Shown one piece after another: positions 1-14,514 of a DNA stretch of 39,842 nt (the stretch's first letter is position 1; each line of letters starts with the position of its first letter). Both the position numbers and the translations under genes were made by a program. The notes under the pieces were generated by a model, which was not told the DNA's origin, did no database searches, and saw only the letters and a program-made list of their open reading frames with translations. The stretch lies in the NCBI GenBank assembly GCA_964411615.1, contig CAYPLO010000007.1, positions 1 to 39,842 of the forward strand. The letters run 5' to 3'. Source of the DNA: an uncultured Aquificales bacterium (GTDB lineage: Bacteria > Thermosulfidibacterota > Thermosulfidibacteria > Thermosulfidibacterales > Thermosulfidibacteraceae).

Positions 1-49
1 TGGCAGGACGGTTGGGGCAGGAGTAGTGACGGAGGTCATAGAGGATTAA
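1..49 (+). CDS. tuf: Elongation factor Tu, C-terminal end (partial, begins before the window)
   Basis: Frame from nt 2 reads GRTVGAGVVTEVIED*, the conserved EF-Tu C-terminus; lies directly upstream of rpsJ. Confidence 0.93.
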   Translation, partial: GRTVGAGVVTEVIED

Positions 50-52
50 GCC

Positions 53-376
53 ATGGCTGGTCAGAGGATAAGGATAAAACTTAAGGCCTACGACCACAGG
101 GTTCTTGACAAGTCCGTTGAGGAGATAGTTAAGGCGGCGGTTAGGACCGGTGCCAAGGTGGTGGGGCCTATTCCCCTACCCACCAAGATAAGTCGCTGGA
201 CGGTTCTCCGCTCGCCCCATGTTAACAAGAAATCCAGGGAGCAGTTTGAGATAAGGGTCCACAAGAGGCTCATAGAGCTTGTGGACCCAACATCCGACAC
301 CATAGATGCCCTTATGCAGCTTGATTTGGCCGCCGGTGTGGATGTTGAGATAAAGCTTATGGAGCAGCAGGTTTAG
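53..376 (+). CDS. rpsJ: 30S ribosomal protein S10
   Basis: [36 protein letters not shown] motifs. Confidence 0.99.
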   Translation: MAGQRIRIKLKAYDHRVLDKSVEEIVKAAVRTGAKVVGPIPLPTKISRWTVLRSPHVNKKSREQFEIRVHKRLIELVDPTSDTIDALMQLDLAAGVDVEIKLMEQQV

Positions 377-399
377 AACCCGCTTGAGGAGAGAGGGCT

Positions 400-1029
400 A
401 TGGTTACCGGTATACTTGGCAAGAAGATAGGTATGACTCAGGTCTTTAAAGACGATGGCACTGTTGTTCCGGTTACAGTGATAGAGGCTGGCCCCTGCTG
501 GATAGTCCAGAAGAAGACCCCCGATAGGGACGGTTATGCGGCGGTTCAGCTGGGCTTTGAGAAGGTTAAGGAGAAGCACGTTAACAAGCCCATGGCGGGT
601 CACTTCAAGAAGCACAACGTCCCTTATCTGAGGTACCTGAGGGAGATAAGGCTCACCCCTGAGGAGCTTGAGGGGCTGGAAGAGGGGCAGGTGGTCACCT
701 GCGAGATATTCCAGCCTGGGGAGAGGATAAAGGTTACGGGCTGGACCAAGGGAAGGGGCTTTGCCGGTGTTATGAAGAGGCACGGGATGGCGGGTAGCAG
801 GGATTCCCACGGTGCAAGGTACCACAGGGTTGTGGGTTCAATAGGAATGTGCACCTTCCCCGCCAGGGTTCATAAGGGCAAGAGGATGCCCGGCCACATG
901 GGCACCAACAGGGTGACGGTCAGGAACCTTGAGGTTGTGGCTGTCTATCCCGACAGGAATCTGGTCCTTGTAAAAGGGGCCGTTCCGGGGTATAGAGGCT
1001 CCCTGCTCATCCTTCAGAAGACGAGGTGA
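400..1029 (+). CDS. rplC: 50S ribosomal protein L3
   Basis: [36 protein letters not shown]10 operon order. Confidence 0.99.
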   Translation: MVTGILGKKIGMTQVFKDDGTVVPVTVIEAGPCWIVQKKTPDRDGYAAVQLGFEKVKEKHVNKPMAGHFKKHNVPYLRYLREIRLTPEELEGLEEGQVVTCEIFQPGERIKVTGWTKGRGFAGVMKRHGMAGSRDSHGARYHRVVGSIGMCTFPARVHKGKRMPGHMGTNRVTVRNLEVVAVYPDRNLVLVKGAVPGYRGSLLILQKTR

Positions 1030-1034
1030 TGGCC

Positions 1035-1661
1035 ATGGAGGCTGTTTGCAAGGGTATGAACGGTTCGGAAGTGGGAACCGTTGAGCTTGACGAGAGGGTA
1101 TTCAACGCCAAGGTTAACAGGCACCTCATGTGGGAAGTGGTCAGGATGCAGCTTGCCTCCCGCAGGGCTGGAACCGCCTGTACCAAGACCAGAGGAGAGG
1201 TGAGGGGCGGAGGCAGGAAGCCCTGGCCTCAGAAGGGAACGGGAAGGGCCCGTCAGGGTTCAATAAGGGCTCCCCACTGGGTTGGTGGTGGTGTAGTCTT
1301 TGGCCCCAAGCCCAGGGATTACAGCTACTCTATACCCAAGAAGGCCAGAAGGGCTGCTGTGAGAAGTGCCCTGACGGCAAGGTTCAGGGACGGGGATATA
1401 ATCTTTTTGGATTCCATAGAGCTTGAGAACCACAAGACCAAAACAGCAGTCTCCTTCCTCAAGGGGCTTGGCGTTGATGGCAAAAAGGTGCTTATACTGG
1501 TGGATGAGATAGACTTCAATCTTGACAGGTCCACCAGGAACATCCCCTACGTTAAGGTGCTGAAGGCTGAGGCTGTTAATGTCTACGATGTGCTAAACGC
1601 CGATGTGATACTTATAACCAAGGCAGCCCTTGATATCATCCAGGAGAGGTTGGCATCATGA
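1035..1661 (+). CDS. rplD: 50S ribosomal protein L4
   Basis: [34 protein letters not shown] 1035 chosen from GAGGTG SD at 1023-1028 (1026/1029 are alternative starts). Confidence 0.98.
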   Translation: MEAVCKGMNGSEVGTVELDERVFNAKVNRHLMWEVVRMQLASRRAGTACTKTRGEVRGGGRKPWPQKGTGRARQGSIRAPHWVGGGVVFGPKPRDYSYSIPKKARRAAVRSALTARFRDGDIIFLDSIELENHKTKTAVSFLKGLGVDGKKVLILVDEIDFNLDRSTRNIPYVKVLKAEAVNVYDVLNADVILITKAALDIIQERLAS

Positions 1662-1960
1662 AGTTCCTTAACGACCCATATCAGGTTATCATAAGGCCCA
1701 TAATCACTGAAAAGAGCATGAGGCTTAAGGAAGAGGAGAACAAGTACACCTTTGAGGTTCATCCCAAGGCCACCAAAAAGGATATAAAGAACGCCATAGA
1801 GAAGCTCTTCAACGTGAAGGTTGAAAAGGTAAACACCATGAACGTCAAGCCCAAGATAAAGAAGCGCTGGGGAAGGGTGATAAAGAAGGGTAAGCACTGG
1901 AAGAAGGCGATAGTTCAGTTGAAAGAGGGTGACAGGATAGAGTTCTTTGAGAGCATATAA
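1658..1960 (+). CDS. rplW: 50S ribosomal protein L23
   Basis: [29 protein letters not shown]. Confidence 0.98.
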   Translation: MKFLNDPYQVIIRPIITEKSMRLKEEENKYTFEVHPKATKKDIKNAIEKLFNVKVEKVNTMNVKPKIKKRWGRVIKKGKHWKKAIVQLKEGDRIEFFESI

Positions 1961-1976
1961 GGGAGGCTGATGGGCT

Positions 1977-2798
1977 ATGGGTATAAAAAGGTATAAACCC
2001 ACATCCCCTGGAAGGCGTTTCATGACCGTCTCCACCTTTGAGGAGATAACCAAAGATTATCCTGAGAAGTCCCTTACGGTGCCTCTGAAATCCACAGGTG
2101 GCAGGAACAATCAGGGCAGGATAACGGTCCGCTTCAGGGGAGGTGGCCACAAGCGCAGGTACAGGATAATAGACTTCAAGCGTGACAAGTGGGGTGTTCC
2201 CGCCAAGGTGGCTGCCATAGAGTACGACCCCAACAGGTCTGCCAGAATAGCCCTGCTCCACTACGCCGATGGAGAGAAGCGCTACATAATAGCCCCTGAG
2301 GGGCTCAAGGTGGGAGATACCGTGATGTCCGGTCCTGACGCGGAGATAAAAGTGGGTAATGCCCTTCCCATAAAGTACATCCCCGTTGGAACCTTCATCC
2401 ACAACATAGAGCTGATTCCCGGTAAAGGCGGACAGATAGCCAGGGCTGCCGGCACCTACGCCCAGCTCATGGCAAAGGAGGGAGATTACGCCCATGTCAG
2501 GCTCCCCTCAGGGGAGGTGAGGCTGATACACGTGAACTGTATGGCCACCATAGGCCAGGTGGGCAACGTTGACCACGAGAACATAGTGATAGGCAAGGCA
2601 GGCAGGAACCGCTGGCTCGGAAGGCGTCCCCATGTTAGGGGAACTGCCATGAACCCCGTTGACCATCCCCACGGTGGTGGTGAGGGCAAGACCAAGGGCA
2701 GGCATCCCGTTAGTCCGTGGGGCTGGTGCACCAAGGGCATGAAGACGAGAAAGCCCAAGAAGGTTTCCGATAGATTCATAGTCTCCAGGAGAAAGTGA
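1977..2798 (+). CDS. rplB: 50S ribosomal protein L2
   Basis: [38 protein letters not shown]. Confidence 0.99.
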   Translation: MGIKRYKPTSPGRRFMTVSTFEEITKDYPEKSLTVPLKSTGGRNNQGRITVRFRGGGHKRRYRIIDFKRDKWGVPAKVAAIEYDPNRSARIALLHYADGEKRYIIAPEGLKVGDTVMSGPDAEIKVGNALPIKYIPVGTFIHNIELIPGKGGQIARAAGTYAQLMAKEGDYAHVRLPSGEVRLIHVNCMATIGQVGNVDHENIVIGKAGRNRWLGRRPHVRGTAMNPVDHPHGGGEGKTKGRHPVSPWGWCTKGMKTRKPKKVSDRFIVSRRK

Positions 2799-2811
2799 GG
2801 AGGTAGGCCTT

Positions 2812-3096
2812 ATGGGGCGTTCACTGAAGAAGGGTCCTTACGTTGACCCGAAGCTGCTGAAGAAGGTGAGAAAACTGAATGAGACAGGCGAGAAGAAGGT
2901 TATAAAGACCTGGTCCAGAAGGTCCACCATAATCCCCGAGTTTGTGGGCCATACCTTTGCCGTTTACAACGGCAGGAAGTTCATACCCGTTTACGTTACC
3001 GAGCAGATGATAGGCCACAAGCTTGGTGAGTTTGCTCCCACCAGGACCTACCACGGCCATGGTGAGGACAAGAAGAAGGCCAAGGTGAAAAAGTAG
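2812..3096 (+). CDS. rpsS: 30S ribosomal protein S19
   Basis: [28 protein letters not shown]. Confidence 0.99.
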   Translation: MGRSLKKGPYVDPKLLKKVRKLNETGEKKVIKTWSRRSTIIPEFVGHTFAVYNGRKFIPVYVTEQMIGHKLGEFAPTRTYHGHGEDKKKAKVKK

Positions 3097-3107
3097 GGAG
3101 AGGAGCC

Positions 3108-3446
3108 ATGCCGGCGAGAGCGGTTCTCAGGTACGCAAGGATATCCCCCAGAAAGGCCAGGGTGGTGGCCGATATGATAAGGGGAAAGGATGTGGAGGAG
3201 GCCTTAACTATACTTCGCTTTACCCCCAAGAAGGCCGCCAGAATCATAGAGAAGCTTCTTCGCTCTGCGGTGGCCAACGCCGAGGTATCCCCTGACATAG
3301 TGGATGTGGACGCCCTTTACATAAGCAAGATATACGTTGATGAGGGGCCTATGCTGAAGAGGATAAGGCCCAGGGCCATGGGCAGGGCCTACCTCATACG
3401 TAAGAGGACGAGCCATATCACCATAGAGCTTGACGAAAGAAGGTAG
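3108..3446 (+). CDS. rplV: 50S ribosomal protein L22
   Basis: [36 protein letters not shown]. Confidence 0.99.
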   Translation: MPARAVLRYARISPRKARVVADMIRGKDVEEALTILRFTPKKAARIIEKLLRSAVANAEVSPDIVDVDALYISKIYVDEGPMLKRIRPRAMGRAYLIRKRTSHITIELDERR

Positions 3447-3457
3447 GAGGTGGGGGT

Positions 3458-4126
3458 TTGGGTCAGAAAGTCCATCCCATAGGGTTCAGACTGGGAATCA
3501 CCAAGGACTGGGAGTCCAAGTGGTTTGCCACGAAGGATTACGCCAAGAAGCTTCACGAGGACCTCAGGATAAGGAACCTTATAAAGAGCAAGTTCTACCA
3601 TGCGGGAATCTCCAAGGTGATAATAGAGAGGATGGCGGATAAGGTGAGGATAACCATATACGCCGCAAGGCCTGGCCTTGTCATAGGGAGGAAGGGGGCC
3701 GAGGTTGAGAAGCTGAAGAACGAGCTCACCAGCTTCGTTACGGGACAGGTGGAGATAAACGTGAAGGAGGTTCCCGTTCCTGAGATAGATGCCCAGCTTG
3801 TGGCTGAGAACATAGCTATGCAGATAGAGAGGCGCGTCTCCCACAGGCGTGCCATGAAGAGGGCCATAAACATGGCCATAAAGTTCGGTGCCAAAGGGAT
3901 AAGGATAGAGTGTTCGGGAAGGCTCGGTGGCGTGGATATGGCCAGGACCGAGTGGTACAGGGAGGGTCGTCTCCCCCTGCAGACCATAAGGGCCGATATA
4001 GATTACGGGTTTGCAGAGGCCATAACCAAGTACGGTGTGATAGGTGTGAAGGTGTGGATTTACAAGGGTGATATCATAGAGGAGAAGAGAAGACCTGTGG
4101 AGGAGACTGCAGATGCTGGCGCCTAA
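3458..4126 (+). CDS. rpsC: 30S ribosomal protein S3
   Basis: [22 protein letters not shown] (KH domain), [17 protein letters not shown] start after GGAGG SD. Confidence 0.99.
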   Translation: MGQKVHPIGFRLGITKDWESKWFATKDYAKKLHEDLRIRNLIKSKFYHAGISKVIIERMADKVRITIYAARPGLVIGRKGAEVEKLKNELTSFVTGQVEINVKEVPVPEIDAQLVAENIAMQIERRVSHRRAMKRAINMAIKFGAKGIRIECSGRLGGVDMARTEWYREGRLPLQTIRADIDYGFAEAITKYGVIGVKVWIYKGDIIEEKRRPVEETADAGA

Positions 4127-4523
4127 GAGAGTTAAGTACAGGAAGCAGCAAAGGGGCAGGATGTCCGGCATAGCCACAAGGGGTTGCGATATAGCCTTCG
4201 GGGAGTTCGGGCTTAAGGCCTTGGAGCCTGCCTGGATAACCGCCCAGCAGATAGAGGCGGCCAGGGTTGCCATAACCAGGCATGTTAGAAGGGGTGCCAA
4301 GGTCTGGATAAGGATATTCCCCGACAAACCCGTGACCAAAAAGCCTGCCGAGACCAGGATGGGTAAGGGTAAGGGAAGCCCTGAGTACTGGGTGGCTGTG
4401 GTTAAGCCTGGCAGAATCCTATTTGAGATAGCCGGTGTTGCAGAGGATGTGGCCCGTGAGGCGTTGAGGCTTGCCTCCCACAAGCTTCCCATAAAGACCA
4501 AGATAGTCTCCAGAAACGACTGA
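4113..4523 (+). CDS. rplP: 50S ribosomal protein L16
   Basis: [34 protein letters not shown]. Confidence 0.99.
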   Translation: MLAPKRVKYRKQQRGRMSGIATRGCDIAFGEFGLKALEPAWITAQQIEAARVAITRHVRRGAKVWIRIFPDKPVTKKPAETRMGKGKGSPEYWVAVVKPGRILFEIAGVAEDVAREALRLASHKLPIKTKIVSRND

Positions 4524-4537
4524 TGGGGGTTGCGGCT

Positions 4538-4735
4538 ATGAAGGCTTCGGAACTCAGGGCGCTCAGTATCGCAGAGCTCAGGCAGAAGGAGAGGGAGCTC
4601 CGCAAGGAGCTTATGGATATGAGGTTTCAGAAGTCCATAGGCAGACTTGACAATCCCGCCAAGTATAGGCAACTAAAGCGGGACTTGGCCAGGGTTCTCA
4701 CCGTAATAAGGGAGAAAGAGCTGGGTATAAGATAA
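4538..4735 (+). CDS. rpmC: 50S ribosomal protein L29
   Basis: MKASELR...[22 protein letters not shown] 4538 follows GGGGGT SD. Confidence 0.97.
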   Translation: MKASELRALSIAELRQKERELRKELMDMRFQKSIGRLDNPAKYRQLKRDLARVLTVIREKELGIR

Positions 4736-4745
4736 GGGGTGGATT

Positions 4746-5027
4746 ATGGGTAAGCGGAAGGTCCTTGTTGGCGAGGTGGTTTCTGACAAGATGGACAAGA
4801 CGGTGGTGGTGAGGGTTGAGAGGGCATTCAGACACCCCGTTTACGGAAAGGTTGTGAAGAAGCACAAGAAGTTCTACGCCCATGATGAGAACAACCAGTG
4901 TAGAATCGGCGATATCGTGAAGATTATGGAGACCAGGCCTCTCAGCAAGCTTAAGAGATGGAGGGTGGTTGAGATATTAGAAAGGAAGGAGAGGGTGGGC
5001 GATGATACAGCCGACTACAATGGTTGA
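4746..5027 (+). CDS. rpsQ: 30S ribosomal protein S17
   Basis: [31 protein letters not shown]. Confidence 0.98.
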   Translation: MGKRKVLVGEVVSDKMDKTVVVRVERAFRHPVYGKVVKKHKKFYAHDENNQCRIGDIVKIMETRPLSKLKRWRVVEILERKERVGDDTADYNG

Positions 5028-5370
5028 GGTTGCCGATAACACTGGTGCCAAAAAGGCCATGTGCATCAGAGTCCTTGGCGGTTCAAACCAGCGGTACGCC
5101 CGTCTGGGTGATGTGATAGTGGTCACCGTTAAGGAGGCCACACCGGATGGGCACGTTAAGAAGGGTGAGGTCCACAGGGCCGTTGTCATAAGGACCGTTA
5201 AGGAGCAGAGGCGTCCCGACGGCTCCTATATAAAGTTTGACAGGAATTCAGTGGTTCTCATAAAGCCCAACGGTGACCCCCTTGGAACTCGTATATTTGG
5301 CCCTGTGGCCAGGGAGCTGAGGACCAAGGGATTCATGAGAATCATATCCCTTGCACCTGAAGTCATATGA
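5002..5370 (+). CDS. rplN: 50S ribosomal protein L14
   Basis: [31 protein letters not shown]. Confidence 0.99.
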   Translation: MIQPTTMVEVADNTGAKKAMCIRVLGGSNQRYARLGDVIVVTVKEATPDGHVKKGEVHRAVVIRTVKEQRRPDGSYIKFDRNSVVLIKPNGDPLGTRIFGPVARELRTKGFMRIISLAPEVI

Positions 5371-5380
5371 GGAGTGGACC

Positions 5381-5698
5381 ATGGCTGCCAAGGTGAAGCG
5401 TGAGGACTTCGTTGTTGTGATAGCTGGTAAGGATAAGGGAAAGAAGGGGAAGGTCCTTAAGGTGATACCCAAAAAGCAGCGCCTGGTGGTTGAAGGGGTC
5501 AACATTGTTAAGAAGCATCAAAGGCCCACTGCCACTACGGCTGGAGGCATAATAGAGAAGCCTGCCCCTATACATGTGTCCAACGTTATGCTGATATGTC
5601 CCAAGTGTGGCAAAGCCACCAGGGTGGGCTTCACTTTTCTTGAGGACGGCACGAAGGTCAGGAAGTGCAAGAAATGTGGCGAGATAATAGATAAATAG
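5381..5698 (+). CDS. rplX: 50S ribosomal protein L24 (zinc-ribbon form)
   Basis: KOW motif [24 protein letters not shown]...CKKC; ATG 5381 after GAGGAG. Confidence 0.98.
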   Translation: MAAKVKREDFVVVIAGKDKGKKGKVLKVIPKKQRLVVEGVNIVKKHQRPTATTAGGIIEKPAPIHVSNVMLICPKCGKATRVGFTFLEDGTKVRKCKKCGEIIDK

Positions 5699-5715
5699 GG
5701 AAAGGAGAGACGGGT

Positions 5716-6264
5716 ATGGTACCTCGTCTGAAGGAGAAGTACGAGAAGGAAGTTGTTCCCCAGCTCATGAAGGAGTTTGGATACAAGAATGTTATGGAGG
5801 TTCCCAAGATAGTTAAGATAGTCCTCAACATGGGTATTGGTGAGGCTACCCAGAATCCCAAGGTTGTGGACTACGCCATGGAGCAGCTTGCCGCCATTGC
5901 AGGTCAGAGACCCTGTGTGAGAAGGGCCAGAAAGTCTATAGCCCAGTTTAAGCTCAGAAAGGGCATGCCCATTGGTGTATCGGTCACCCTCCGCAAGAAC
6001 AGGATGTGGGAGTTTCTGGACAGGCTTATAACCCTTGCCCTCCCGAGGGTGAGGGATTTCAGGGGGGTTTCGGATAAGTCCTTTGATGGAAGGGGCAACT
6101 ACACCCTGGGGATTCCTGAGCAGATAATCTTTCACGAGATAAATTACGACACCATAGACAAGGTGAGGGGCCTTTCAGTCACCATCGTAACCACTGCGGA
6201 GACCGACGAGGAGGCCAAGGCCCTTCTTGAAAAGCTGGGAATGCCATTTAGAAGGAGGAGGTAG
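5716..6264 (+). CDS. rplE: 50S ribosomal protein L5
   Basis: [31 protein letters not shown]. Confidence 0.99.
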   Translation: MVPRLKEKYEKEVVPQLMKEFGYKNVMEVPKIVKIVLNMGIGEATQNPKVVDYAMEQLAAIAGQRPCVRRARKSIAQFKLRKGMPIGVSVTLRKNRMWEFLDRLITLALPRVRDFRGVSDKSFDGRGNYTLGIPEQIIFHEINYDTIDKVRGLSVTIVTTAETDEEAKALLEKLGMPFRRRR

Positions 6265-6266
6265 CT

Positions 6267-6452
6267 GTGGCGAGAAAGGCTCAGATGGAGAAGATGAAGA
6301 AGCCTCCCAAGTTTAAGGTCCGTTACAGGAACCGCTGTCCCATTTGCGGCAGAGCCAGGGGGTATCTCAGAAAGTTCAACCTGTGCAGGATATGCTTCAG
6401 AAGGCTTGCCCTTGAGGGCAAGATTCCCGGTGTCAGAAAGGCGAGCTGGTGA
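6267..6452 (+). CDS. rpsZ: 30S ribosomal protein S14, zinc-binding type Z
   Basis: 61 aa; RCPICGR...[18 protein letters not shown]. Confidence 0.98.
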   Translation: MARKAQMEKMKKPPKFKVRYRNRCPICGRARGYLRKFNLCRICFRRLALEGKIPGVRKASW

Positions 6453-6461
6453 GGTGCTGAG

Positions 6462-6854
6462 ATGATGACGGACCCCATCGCCGATATGCTAACGAGGATA
6501 AGAAACGCCCTTATGGTGAAGAAGGAGACCGTTGAGATACCGGGTTCGAGGCTCAAGAAGGAGATAGCCCGTATCCTCAAAGAGGAGGGCTTTATAGAGG
6601 ACTACTGGGTGGAGGAGAACCCTGTCCAGGACAAGATTGTCATTAAGCTCAAGTACTACAAGGGTGAGAGTGTTATAAGGGGGCTCAGAAGGGTCAGCAA
6701 GCCTGGAAGGCGCATATACGTGAGCAAGAACGAACTTCCCAAGGTGCTTGGTGGCCTGGGCATAGCCATCATAAGCACCTCAAGGGGAGTCATGACCGAT
6801 AAAGAGGCCAGGAAGCTGGGAGTTGGCGGAGAATACATCTGCGATGTCTGGTAG
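6462..6854 (+). CDS. rpsH: 30S ribosomal protein S8
   Basis: [33 protein letters not shown]. Confidence 0.99.
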   Translation: MMTDPIADMLTRIRNALMVKKETVEIPGSRLKKEIARILKEEGFIEDYWVEENPVQDKIVIKLKYYKGESVIRGLRRVSKPGRRIYVSKNELPKVLGGLGIAIISTSRGVMTDKEARKLGVGGEYICDVW

Positions 6855-6865
6855 GAGGTTACCCC

Positions 6866-7414
6866 ATGTCTAGGATAGGGAGACTGCCCGTGGAGATACC
6901 CCAGGGGGTTGAGGTCACCATAGATGGAAACAGGGTTAAGGTGAAGGGGCCTCTGGGTGAGCTTTACAGGGAGTTCCACCCGAGGATAAGGTTTGTGAGG
7001 GAGGGGAACCAGATAAGGGTTGAGAGGATATCCGATAGCAAGCTGGACAAGTCCCTCCACGGACTCAGCAGAACCCTTCTTAACAATATGGTCATAGGGG
7101 TTACCAAGGGCTATCAGAAGGTTCTTGATATAGTTGGGGTTGGTTACAGGGCCGAGGTCAAGGGTAAGAAGCTGGTTATGCAACTGGGATACAGCCATCC
7201 TGTGGAGTACGAGATACCTGAGGGGATAACCATAGAGTGTCCCATCCCCACCAGAATAGTGGTTAAGGGTATAGACAAGGAGAAGGTGGGGCAGGTGGCG
7301 GCTGAGATAAGGGCCAAGAGGCCGCCGGAGCCCTACAAGGGCAAGGGTATCCGCTACGAGGGTGAGCAGGTTCGCAGAAAGGCTGGTAAGGCTGGCAAGG
7401 TGGGCAAGAAGTAA
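6866..7414 (+). CDS. rplF: 50S ribosomal protein L6
   Basis: [29 protein letters not shown]. Confidence 0.99.
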   Translation: MSRIGRLPVEIPQGVEVTIDGNRVKVKGPLGELYREFHPRIRFVREGNQIRVERISDSKLDKSLHGLSRTLLNNMVIGVTKGYQKVLDIVGVGYRAEVKGKKLVMQLGYSHPVEYEIPEGITIECPIPTRIVVKGIDKEKVGQVAAEIRAKRPPEPYKGKGIRYEGEQVRRKAGKAGKVGKK

Positions 7415-7434
7415 TTAACGGGAGGGGATGAGCT

Positions 7435-7797
7435 GTGGCGCGGCTTACCAAGGTTGAGAGGAGAAAGAGAAGGCATCTCAGGGTAAGGAAGAAGGTGTTT
7501 GGGACCCCTGAAAGGCCCAGGCTGGTGGTCTTCAGGAGTCTCAAGCACATATACGCCCAGATAATAGACGATACCATAGGCCACACCCTTGTGGCGGCTT
7601 CAAGCCTTGATAAGGAGTTCCCCAAGGATAAGAGGGGGAGCAACAAGGAAGGTGCCCGTATAGTCGGGCTTATGATAGCCAAGAGGGCCCTTGAGAAGGG
7701 GATTAAGAAGGTGGTCTTTGACAGGGCCGGATACAAATACCATGGAAGGGTTAAGGAGCTGGCCGAGGGGGCCAGAGAGGGCGGTTTAGAGTTCTGA
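7435..7797 (+). CDS. rplR: 50S ribosomal protein L18
   Basis: [33 protein letters not shown]. Confidence 0.99.
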   Translation: MARLTKVERRKRRHLRVRKKVFGTPERPRLVVFRSLKHIYAQIIDDTIGHTLVAASSLDKEFPKDKRGSNKEGARIVGLMIAKRALEKGIKKVVFDRAGYKYHGRVKELAEGAREGGLEF

Positions 7798-7810
7798 GGG
7801 GGGAATAGGT

Positions 7811-8335
7811 ATGGATCTCAGGGTCAGAAAGCTTGAGAGGGTCTCTCCAGAAGGGTTGGAGCTTCAGGACAGGGTGGTCTTTATCAATCGTGTGGCAAAG
7901 GTGGTTAAAGGGGGCAGAATATTCAAGTTCTCCGCCCTTGTTGTGGTTGGGGATGGCAATGGGGTTGTGGGCTACGGTATGGGTAAGGCCCGTGAGGTGC
8001 CCGATGCCATAAGGAAGGCCATAGACCAGGCCAAGAAGAACCTGGTGAGGGTTCCCATAGCCAAGGGGGCCACCATTCCCCATGAGGTTCAGGCCAAGTT
8101 CTGTGCCTCCAAGATACTGCTCAAGCCTGCCGCTCCCGGTACGGGAGTTATAGCCAGTGGTCCCGTCCGCGCGGTTATGGACTGTGTGGGGATAAAGAAC
8201 GTTTTGGCCAAGAGTCTCGGTTCCAACAACCCCATCAACGTGGTGAAGGCCACCATAAAGGCTCTCAGCATGCTCAGAACCATAGAAGAGGTGGCCGAGT
8301 ACAGGGGCAAGAGCATAAGGGAGATTATAGGATAG
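7811..8335 (+). CDS. rpsE: 30S ribosomal protein S5
   Basis: [33 protein letters not shown]. Confidence 0.99.
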   Translation: MDLRVRKLERVSPEGLELQDRVVFINRVAKVVKGGRIFKFSALVVVGDGNGVVGYGMGKAREVPDAIRKAIDQAKKNLVRVPIAKGATIPHEVQAKFCASKILLKPAAPGTGVIASGPVRAVMDCVGIKNVLAKSLGSNNPINVVKATIKALSMLRTIEEVAEYRGKSIREIIG

Positions 8336-8347
8336 CTGGGGGTAAAC

Positions 8348-8539
8348 ATGGCCAGGAAGATAGAGATAAAGTTGGTTAGGGGTTTGGCTGCCCGTTCAAA
8401 GAGGGAGAAGGCCACCGTCAGGTCCTTGGGCCTGAGGAAGCCTGGCCAGACGGTGATTAGGGAGGCTGACCCCTGCACCTTGGGTATGGTTAGGAAGGTG
8501 GCCCATCTGGTATCCGTCAGGGAGATAGAGGAGGGTTAA
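8348..8539 (+). CDS. rpmD: 50S ribosomal protein L30
   Basis: [20 protein letters not shown]; position between rpsE and rplO. Confidence 0.97.
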   Translation: MARKIEIKLVRGLAARSKREKATVRSLGLRKPGQTVIREADPCTLGMVRKVAHLVSVREIEEG

Positions 8540-8540
8540 A

Positions 8541-8986
8541 ATGAGGCTTCACGAGCTTGCTCCCAAGTACGGTGCTACCCACAGAAAGAAGAGGGTTGGT
8601 AGGGGTCCGGGCTCCGGACACGGAAAGACCTCCTGTAGAGGACACAAAGGGCAGAAGGCCAGGTCGGGAGGGGGAGTGCCCCCCTGGTTTGAGGGTGGAC
8701 AGACGCCCATATACAGAAGGGTTCCCAAGAGGGGGTTCAAGAACCCCAGGGCTAAGGAGTACGCCGAGGTCAACGTGGGCACCTTGGAGGCTTGCTTCAA
8801 CGCCGGTGATGAGGTGACTCCTGAGGTTCTCCTTGAGAGAAGGATAGTGAGGAAGCTTGGCAAAGACGGACTCAAGGTCCTTGGGGATGGTGAGCTCACA
8901 AAGCCTCTGGTGGTTAAGGCCCACGCCTTCAGCGCCTCCGCCAGGAAGAAGATAGAAGCGGCTGGAGGTAAGGCGGAGGTGCTTTG

Positions 8987-8987
<1 letters not shown>
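8541..8987 (+). CDS. rplO: 50S ribosomal protein L15
   Basis: [30 protein letters not shown]. Confidence 0.99.
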
Positions 8988-10937
<1,950 letters not shown>

Positions 10938-10938
<1 letters not shown>

Positions 10939-11717
10939 TGGTAATAATCAAGACCCCAGAGGAGATTGAGAAGATTAGAAAGAGCGGGGAGATACTGGCG
11001 AGGGTACTGAGGGAGCTCAGGGAGTTCATAAGGGAAGGGATAACCACCTGGGCGATAAACAAGAAGGCGGAGGAGATGATAAAGAAGCTTGGAGGAAAGC
11101 CCGCCTTTAAGGGGTATAGGCCCGGCTTCTCTTCCAGAAAGTATCCCTTTGCCACTTGCATATCCATAAATAATGAGATAGTTCATGGGCTCCCCTCCAA
11201 GAGGAGGGTGGTGAGGGAAGGGGATATAGTGAGCGTGGATATGGGAGTGGGATATAAGGGCTACTACAGCGATGCGGCATGCACCTACATTGTAGGTGAG
11301 GTTCCTAAGGAAGTGAAGCGGCTTGTGGAGGTGACCAGAAGGGCCCTTTACATAGGTATATCCAAGGCCTGTCCGGGAAACAGGATAGGGGATATAAGCC
11401 ACGCCATAGGGAGTTACGTGAAGAGTTTCGGCTTCTCCCCTGTCAGGGACTACTGCGGACATGGAGTTGGAAGGAGGATTCATGAGGACCCTTCCGTTCC
11501 CAACGATGGGGTTCCGGGTACTGGAGAGGTCATAAGGGAAGGGATGACCCTTGCAATAGAGCCCATGGTGGCCATGGGTTCTGGGGAGGCTATCACCAAG
11601 GATGACGGCTGGACCGCCGTTACCAAGGATGGTTCCCTTGCTGCCCATTTTGAGCATACCATAGCCGTCCTTGGTGATGGGCCTAAGATACTTACTCCGT
11701 GGGACGAGGATGCCTAA
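10938..11717 (+). CDS. map: Methionine aminopeptidase type I
   Basis: [33 protein letters not shown]. Confidence 0.98.
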
Positions 11718-11934
11718 GAAGAAAAAGGGAGAGACCTTGGAGCTGGTGGGGACGGTTATAGAGCCTTTGCCTAATGCCATGTTCAGGGTTGAGCTTGAGA
11801 ACGGTATGAAGATACTGGCTCATGTGTCGGGGAAGATGAGGATGAACTTCATAAGGATACTTCCAGGAGACAAGGTGAAGGTGGAGATATCCGCCTACGA
11901 CCCCACCAGGGGCAGGATAATATACAGGCTTTAG
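11710..11934 (+). CDS. infA: Translation initiation factor IF-1
   Basis: [32 protein letters not shown]; start trimmed to ATG 11710. Confidence 0.98.
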
Positions 11935-11950
11935 TTTCGGGAGGCGTGTT

Positions 11951-12064
11951 ATGAAGGTGAGGGCTTCTGTGAAGAAGAGGTGTGCCCACTGTAAGATAAT
12001 AAGGAGAAAGGGTGTGGTCCGGGTGATATGTAAGGACCCGAGGCACAAGCAGAGACAGGGTTAA
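11951..12064 (+). CDS. rpmJ: 50S ribosomal protein L36 (zinc-binding form); absent from the ORF track
   Basis: Hand translation: [44 protein letters not shown] upstream. Confidence 0.99.
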
Positions 12065-12076
12065 GGAGGAGGGATT

Positions 12077-12463
12077 ATGGCCCGTATAGCTGGAGTGGAC
12101 CTTCCCAAGAACAAGAGGATTGAGATTGCCCTGACCTATATCTTTGGTATAGGGCTCTCCTCTTCAAAGAAGATACTGGCCAAGGCTGGGGTGGACCCTG
12201 ATAAGAGGGTTAAGGACCTGACCCACGATGAGATAAGCCGTATAAGGGAGATAATAGATAAGGAATACAAGGTTGAGGGTGAGCTGAGGAAAGAGATTGC
12301 CATGAACATAAAGCGCCTTATAGATATAGGGTGCTATCGTGGTATGAGACACGTTATGGGTCTGCCCGTGAGGGGGCAGAGGACCCGTACCAACGCGAGG
12401 ACCAGGAAGGGTCCCAAGAAGACGGTTCCCGGTAGGGGTAAGAAGAGAGGAGCCAAAAAGTAA
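12077..12463 (+). CDS. rpsM: 30S ribosomal protein S13
   Basis: [27 protein letters not shown]. Confidence 0.99.
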   Translation: MARIAGVDLPKNKRIEIALTYIFGIGLSSSKKILAKAGVDPDKRVKDLTHDEISRIREIIDKEYKVEGELRKEIAMNIKRLIDIGCYRGMRHVMGLPVRGQRTRTNARTRKGPKKTVPGRGKKRGAKK

Positions 12464-12484
12464 TCTTTTGGGAGGAAGTTTCAG

Positions 12485-12877
12485 ATGGCGCGCAGGCGTA
12501 GAAGGGGAAAGAAGAGGGAGAAGAAGGTTGTTCCTGCTGGTATTGCCCATATTCAGGCCACATTTAACAACACCATCATCACCATAACGGACCCTCAGGG
12601 CAATACGGTCTGCTGGTCCAGTGCCGGTGCCGTTGGTTTTAAGGGCACCAGGAAGAGCACCCCTTACGCTGCTCAGCTTGCCGCCCAGGATGCGGCCAAG
12701 AAGGCCATGGAGCAGGCGGGTATGAGGCATGTGGAGGTGCACGTTAAAGGCCCTGGACCTGGTAGGGAGGCTGCCATCAGGGCCCTTGCGGCTGCTGGCC
12801 TTAACATAACCTTGATAAAGGATGTTACGCCTCTACCCCACGATGGATGCCGTCCACCGAGAAGAAGAAGGGTTTAA
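12485..12877 (+). CDS. rpsK: 30S ribosomal protein S11
   Basis: [34 protein letters not shown]. Confidence 0.99.
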   Translation: MARRRRRGKKREKKVVPAGIAHIQATFNNTIITITDPQGNTVCWSSAGAVGFKGTRKSTPYAAQLAAQDAAKKAMEQAGMRHVEVHVKGPGPGREAAIRALAAAGLNITLIKDVTPLPHDGCRPPRRRRV

Positions 12878-12891
12878 AGGAGGGATGAGCC

Positions 12892-13515
12892 TTGAAGTAT
12901 ACAGGTCCCGTATGCAGGTTCTGTAGAAGAGAGGGCGTTAAGCTCTTCTTAAAAGGTTCCAAGTGTTACTCTGATAAGTGTCCCCTTGAGAGGAGGAACT
13001 ATCCCCCTGGACAGCACGGTAGGCGCAGAGCCAAGCTCTCCGAGTACGGTATACGTCTCCGTGAGAAGCAGAAGCTCAAGAGGATATACGGTGTCCAGGA
13101 GGACCAGTTCAGGCGCTACTTTGAGATGGCCACCCGTATGAAGGGCCTGACCGGTGAGAACCTGATAAAGTTGCTTGAGAGGCGTCTTGACAATGTAGTC
13201 TACAGAATGGGCTTTGCCACCTCCCGCAGGGATGCAAGGCAGCTGGTGAACCACGGCCATGTTCTGGTGAACGGGAGGAAGGTTGATATACCGAGCTACC
13301 TTGTTAAGCCCGGCGATGTGATAGAGATTCACCCCAAGATGAAGGACTCCGAGAGGGTCCAGGCGGGCATAGAGCTTGCCGAGTTCAGAGGTGTTCCCCA
13401 CTGGCTTGAGGTGGACTTTGAGAATAAGAGGGGGGTCTTCAAGGCTATACCGGAGCGTGCGGATGTTCAGATACCGGTTAACGAGATGCTGATAGTTGAG
13501 CTATACTCCAAGTAA
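12892..13515 (+). CDS. rpsD: 30S ribosomal protein S4 (N-terminal Cys-motif form)
   Basis: [39 protein letters not shown] start. Confidence 0.99.
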   Translation: MKYTGPVCRFCRREGVKLFLKGSKCYSDKCPLERRNYPPGQHGRRRAKLSEYGIRLREKQKLKRIYGVQEDQFRRYFEMATRMKGLTGENLIKLLERRLDNVVYRMGFATSRRDARQLVNHGHVLVNGRKVDIPSYLVKPGDVIEIHPKMKDSERVQAGIELAEFRGVPHWLEVDFENKRGVFKAIPERADVQIPVNEMLIVELYSK

Positions 13516-13530
13516 GGGAGGTAGTGCTAA

Positions 13531-14514
13531 ATGTTTGATACCTGGAACTATATTATACGTCCCACCAAGCTCCTTGTGGACAGGGACACCCTTTCAGATA
13601 CATACTGCAGGGTGGTGGTGGAGCCCCTTGACAGGGGTTACGGCATAACCCTTGGCAATGCCCTCAGGAGGATTCTGCTCTCTTCAATTCCGGGCTATGC
13701 GGTCACCGCTGTGAAGATAGAGGGGGTGTACCACGAGTTCACCTCCATACCCGGTGTGAGGGAGGACGTTACCGACATCATTCTCAACATAAAGCAGCTT
13801 AATATAAAGGGAGATGTGGACGAGCCCGTAACCCTCTACCTTGAGGCCAGGGGACCTGGCAAGGTGTGTGCAGGCGATATAAAGACACCTCCCGGCATAG
13901 AGATACTGAACCCTGAGTTGCACATCGCCACCCTGGACAACGAAGAGACGGTGCTGAATATGGAGCTCACCGTTGAGGAGGGTAAGGGGTATCTTCCCAC
14001 GGAGGAGAGGGACCTACAGGAGTTCCCCATAGGGACCATACTGGTTGATGCCATCTTCACCCCTGTGAGGAAGGTGAACTTCCAGGTGGAGCAGGCCAGG
14101 TTGGGAAGGGCCACCAACTACGATAAGCTGATACTGGAGATTTGGACCACAGGGGCTGTTGCGGCCCTTGATGCCTTCAAAACAGCTCTTCAGATTCTCA
14201 AAGACCACGTTGAACTCCTATTCGGCATAGAGGTTGGAGAGGAGGTGGTGGCCGAAGGGGAGTCTGCAGGGGTTGCCGATGAGCTTGAGGAGAAGCTCAA
14301 GATGGGCATAGAGGAGTTGAACCTCTCCATAAGGGCCTACAACTGCCTCAAGAAGAAGGGGATAAACACTGTGGGCGAGCTTGTCAGGATGAAGAGGGAG
14401 GACCTTATGAGCCTCAGGAACTTTGGCAAGAAGTCCCTTGAGGAGGTTGAGAGGGTCCTCGCCTCTTACGGTCTCTCCCTGGGTATGGAGCTTGACAAGG
14501 AGGTGGAGCAGTGA
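13531..14514 (+). CDS. rpoA: DNA-directed RNA polymerase subunit alpha
   Basis: [22 protein letters not shown], alpha-[22 protein letters not shown]. Confidence 0.99.
   Translation: MFDTWNYIIRPTKLLVDRDTLSDTYCRVVVEPLDRGYGITLGNALRRILLSSIPGYAVTAVKIEGVYHEFTSIPGVREDVTDIILNIKQLNIKGDVDEPVTLYLEARGPGKVCAGDIKTPPGIEILNPELHIATLDNEETVLNMELTVEEGKGYLPTEERDLQEFPIGTILVDAIFTPVRKVNFQVEQARLGRATNYDKLILEIWTTGAVAALDAFKTALQILKDHVELLFGIEVGEEVVAEGESAGVADELEEKLKMGIEELNLSIRAYNCLKKKGINTVGELVRMKREDLMSLRNFGKKSLEEVERVLASYGLSLGMELDKEVEQ

Noticed and set aside
3389..4672. 427-aa minus-strand ORF, and similar long antisense ORFs (16187-17458, 35127-36392, 10935-11780, 28052-28876)
   Set aside because: They lie wholly opposite conserved genes, show no recognisable motifs, and are expected shadows of codon bias that makes antisense stops rare.
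12453..12471. Small hairpin CCAAAAAG/CTTTTGG at the rpsM stop
   Set aside because: AU-rich and imperfect, with no following U-tract; not credible as a terminator.
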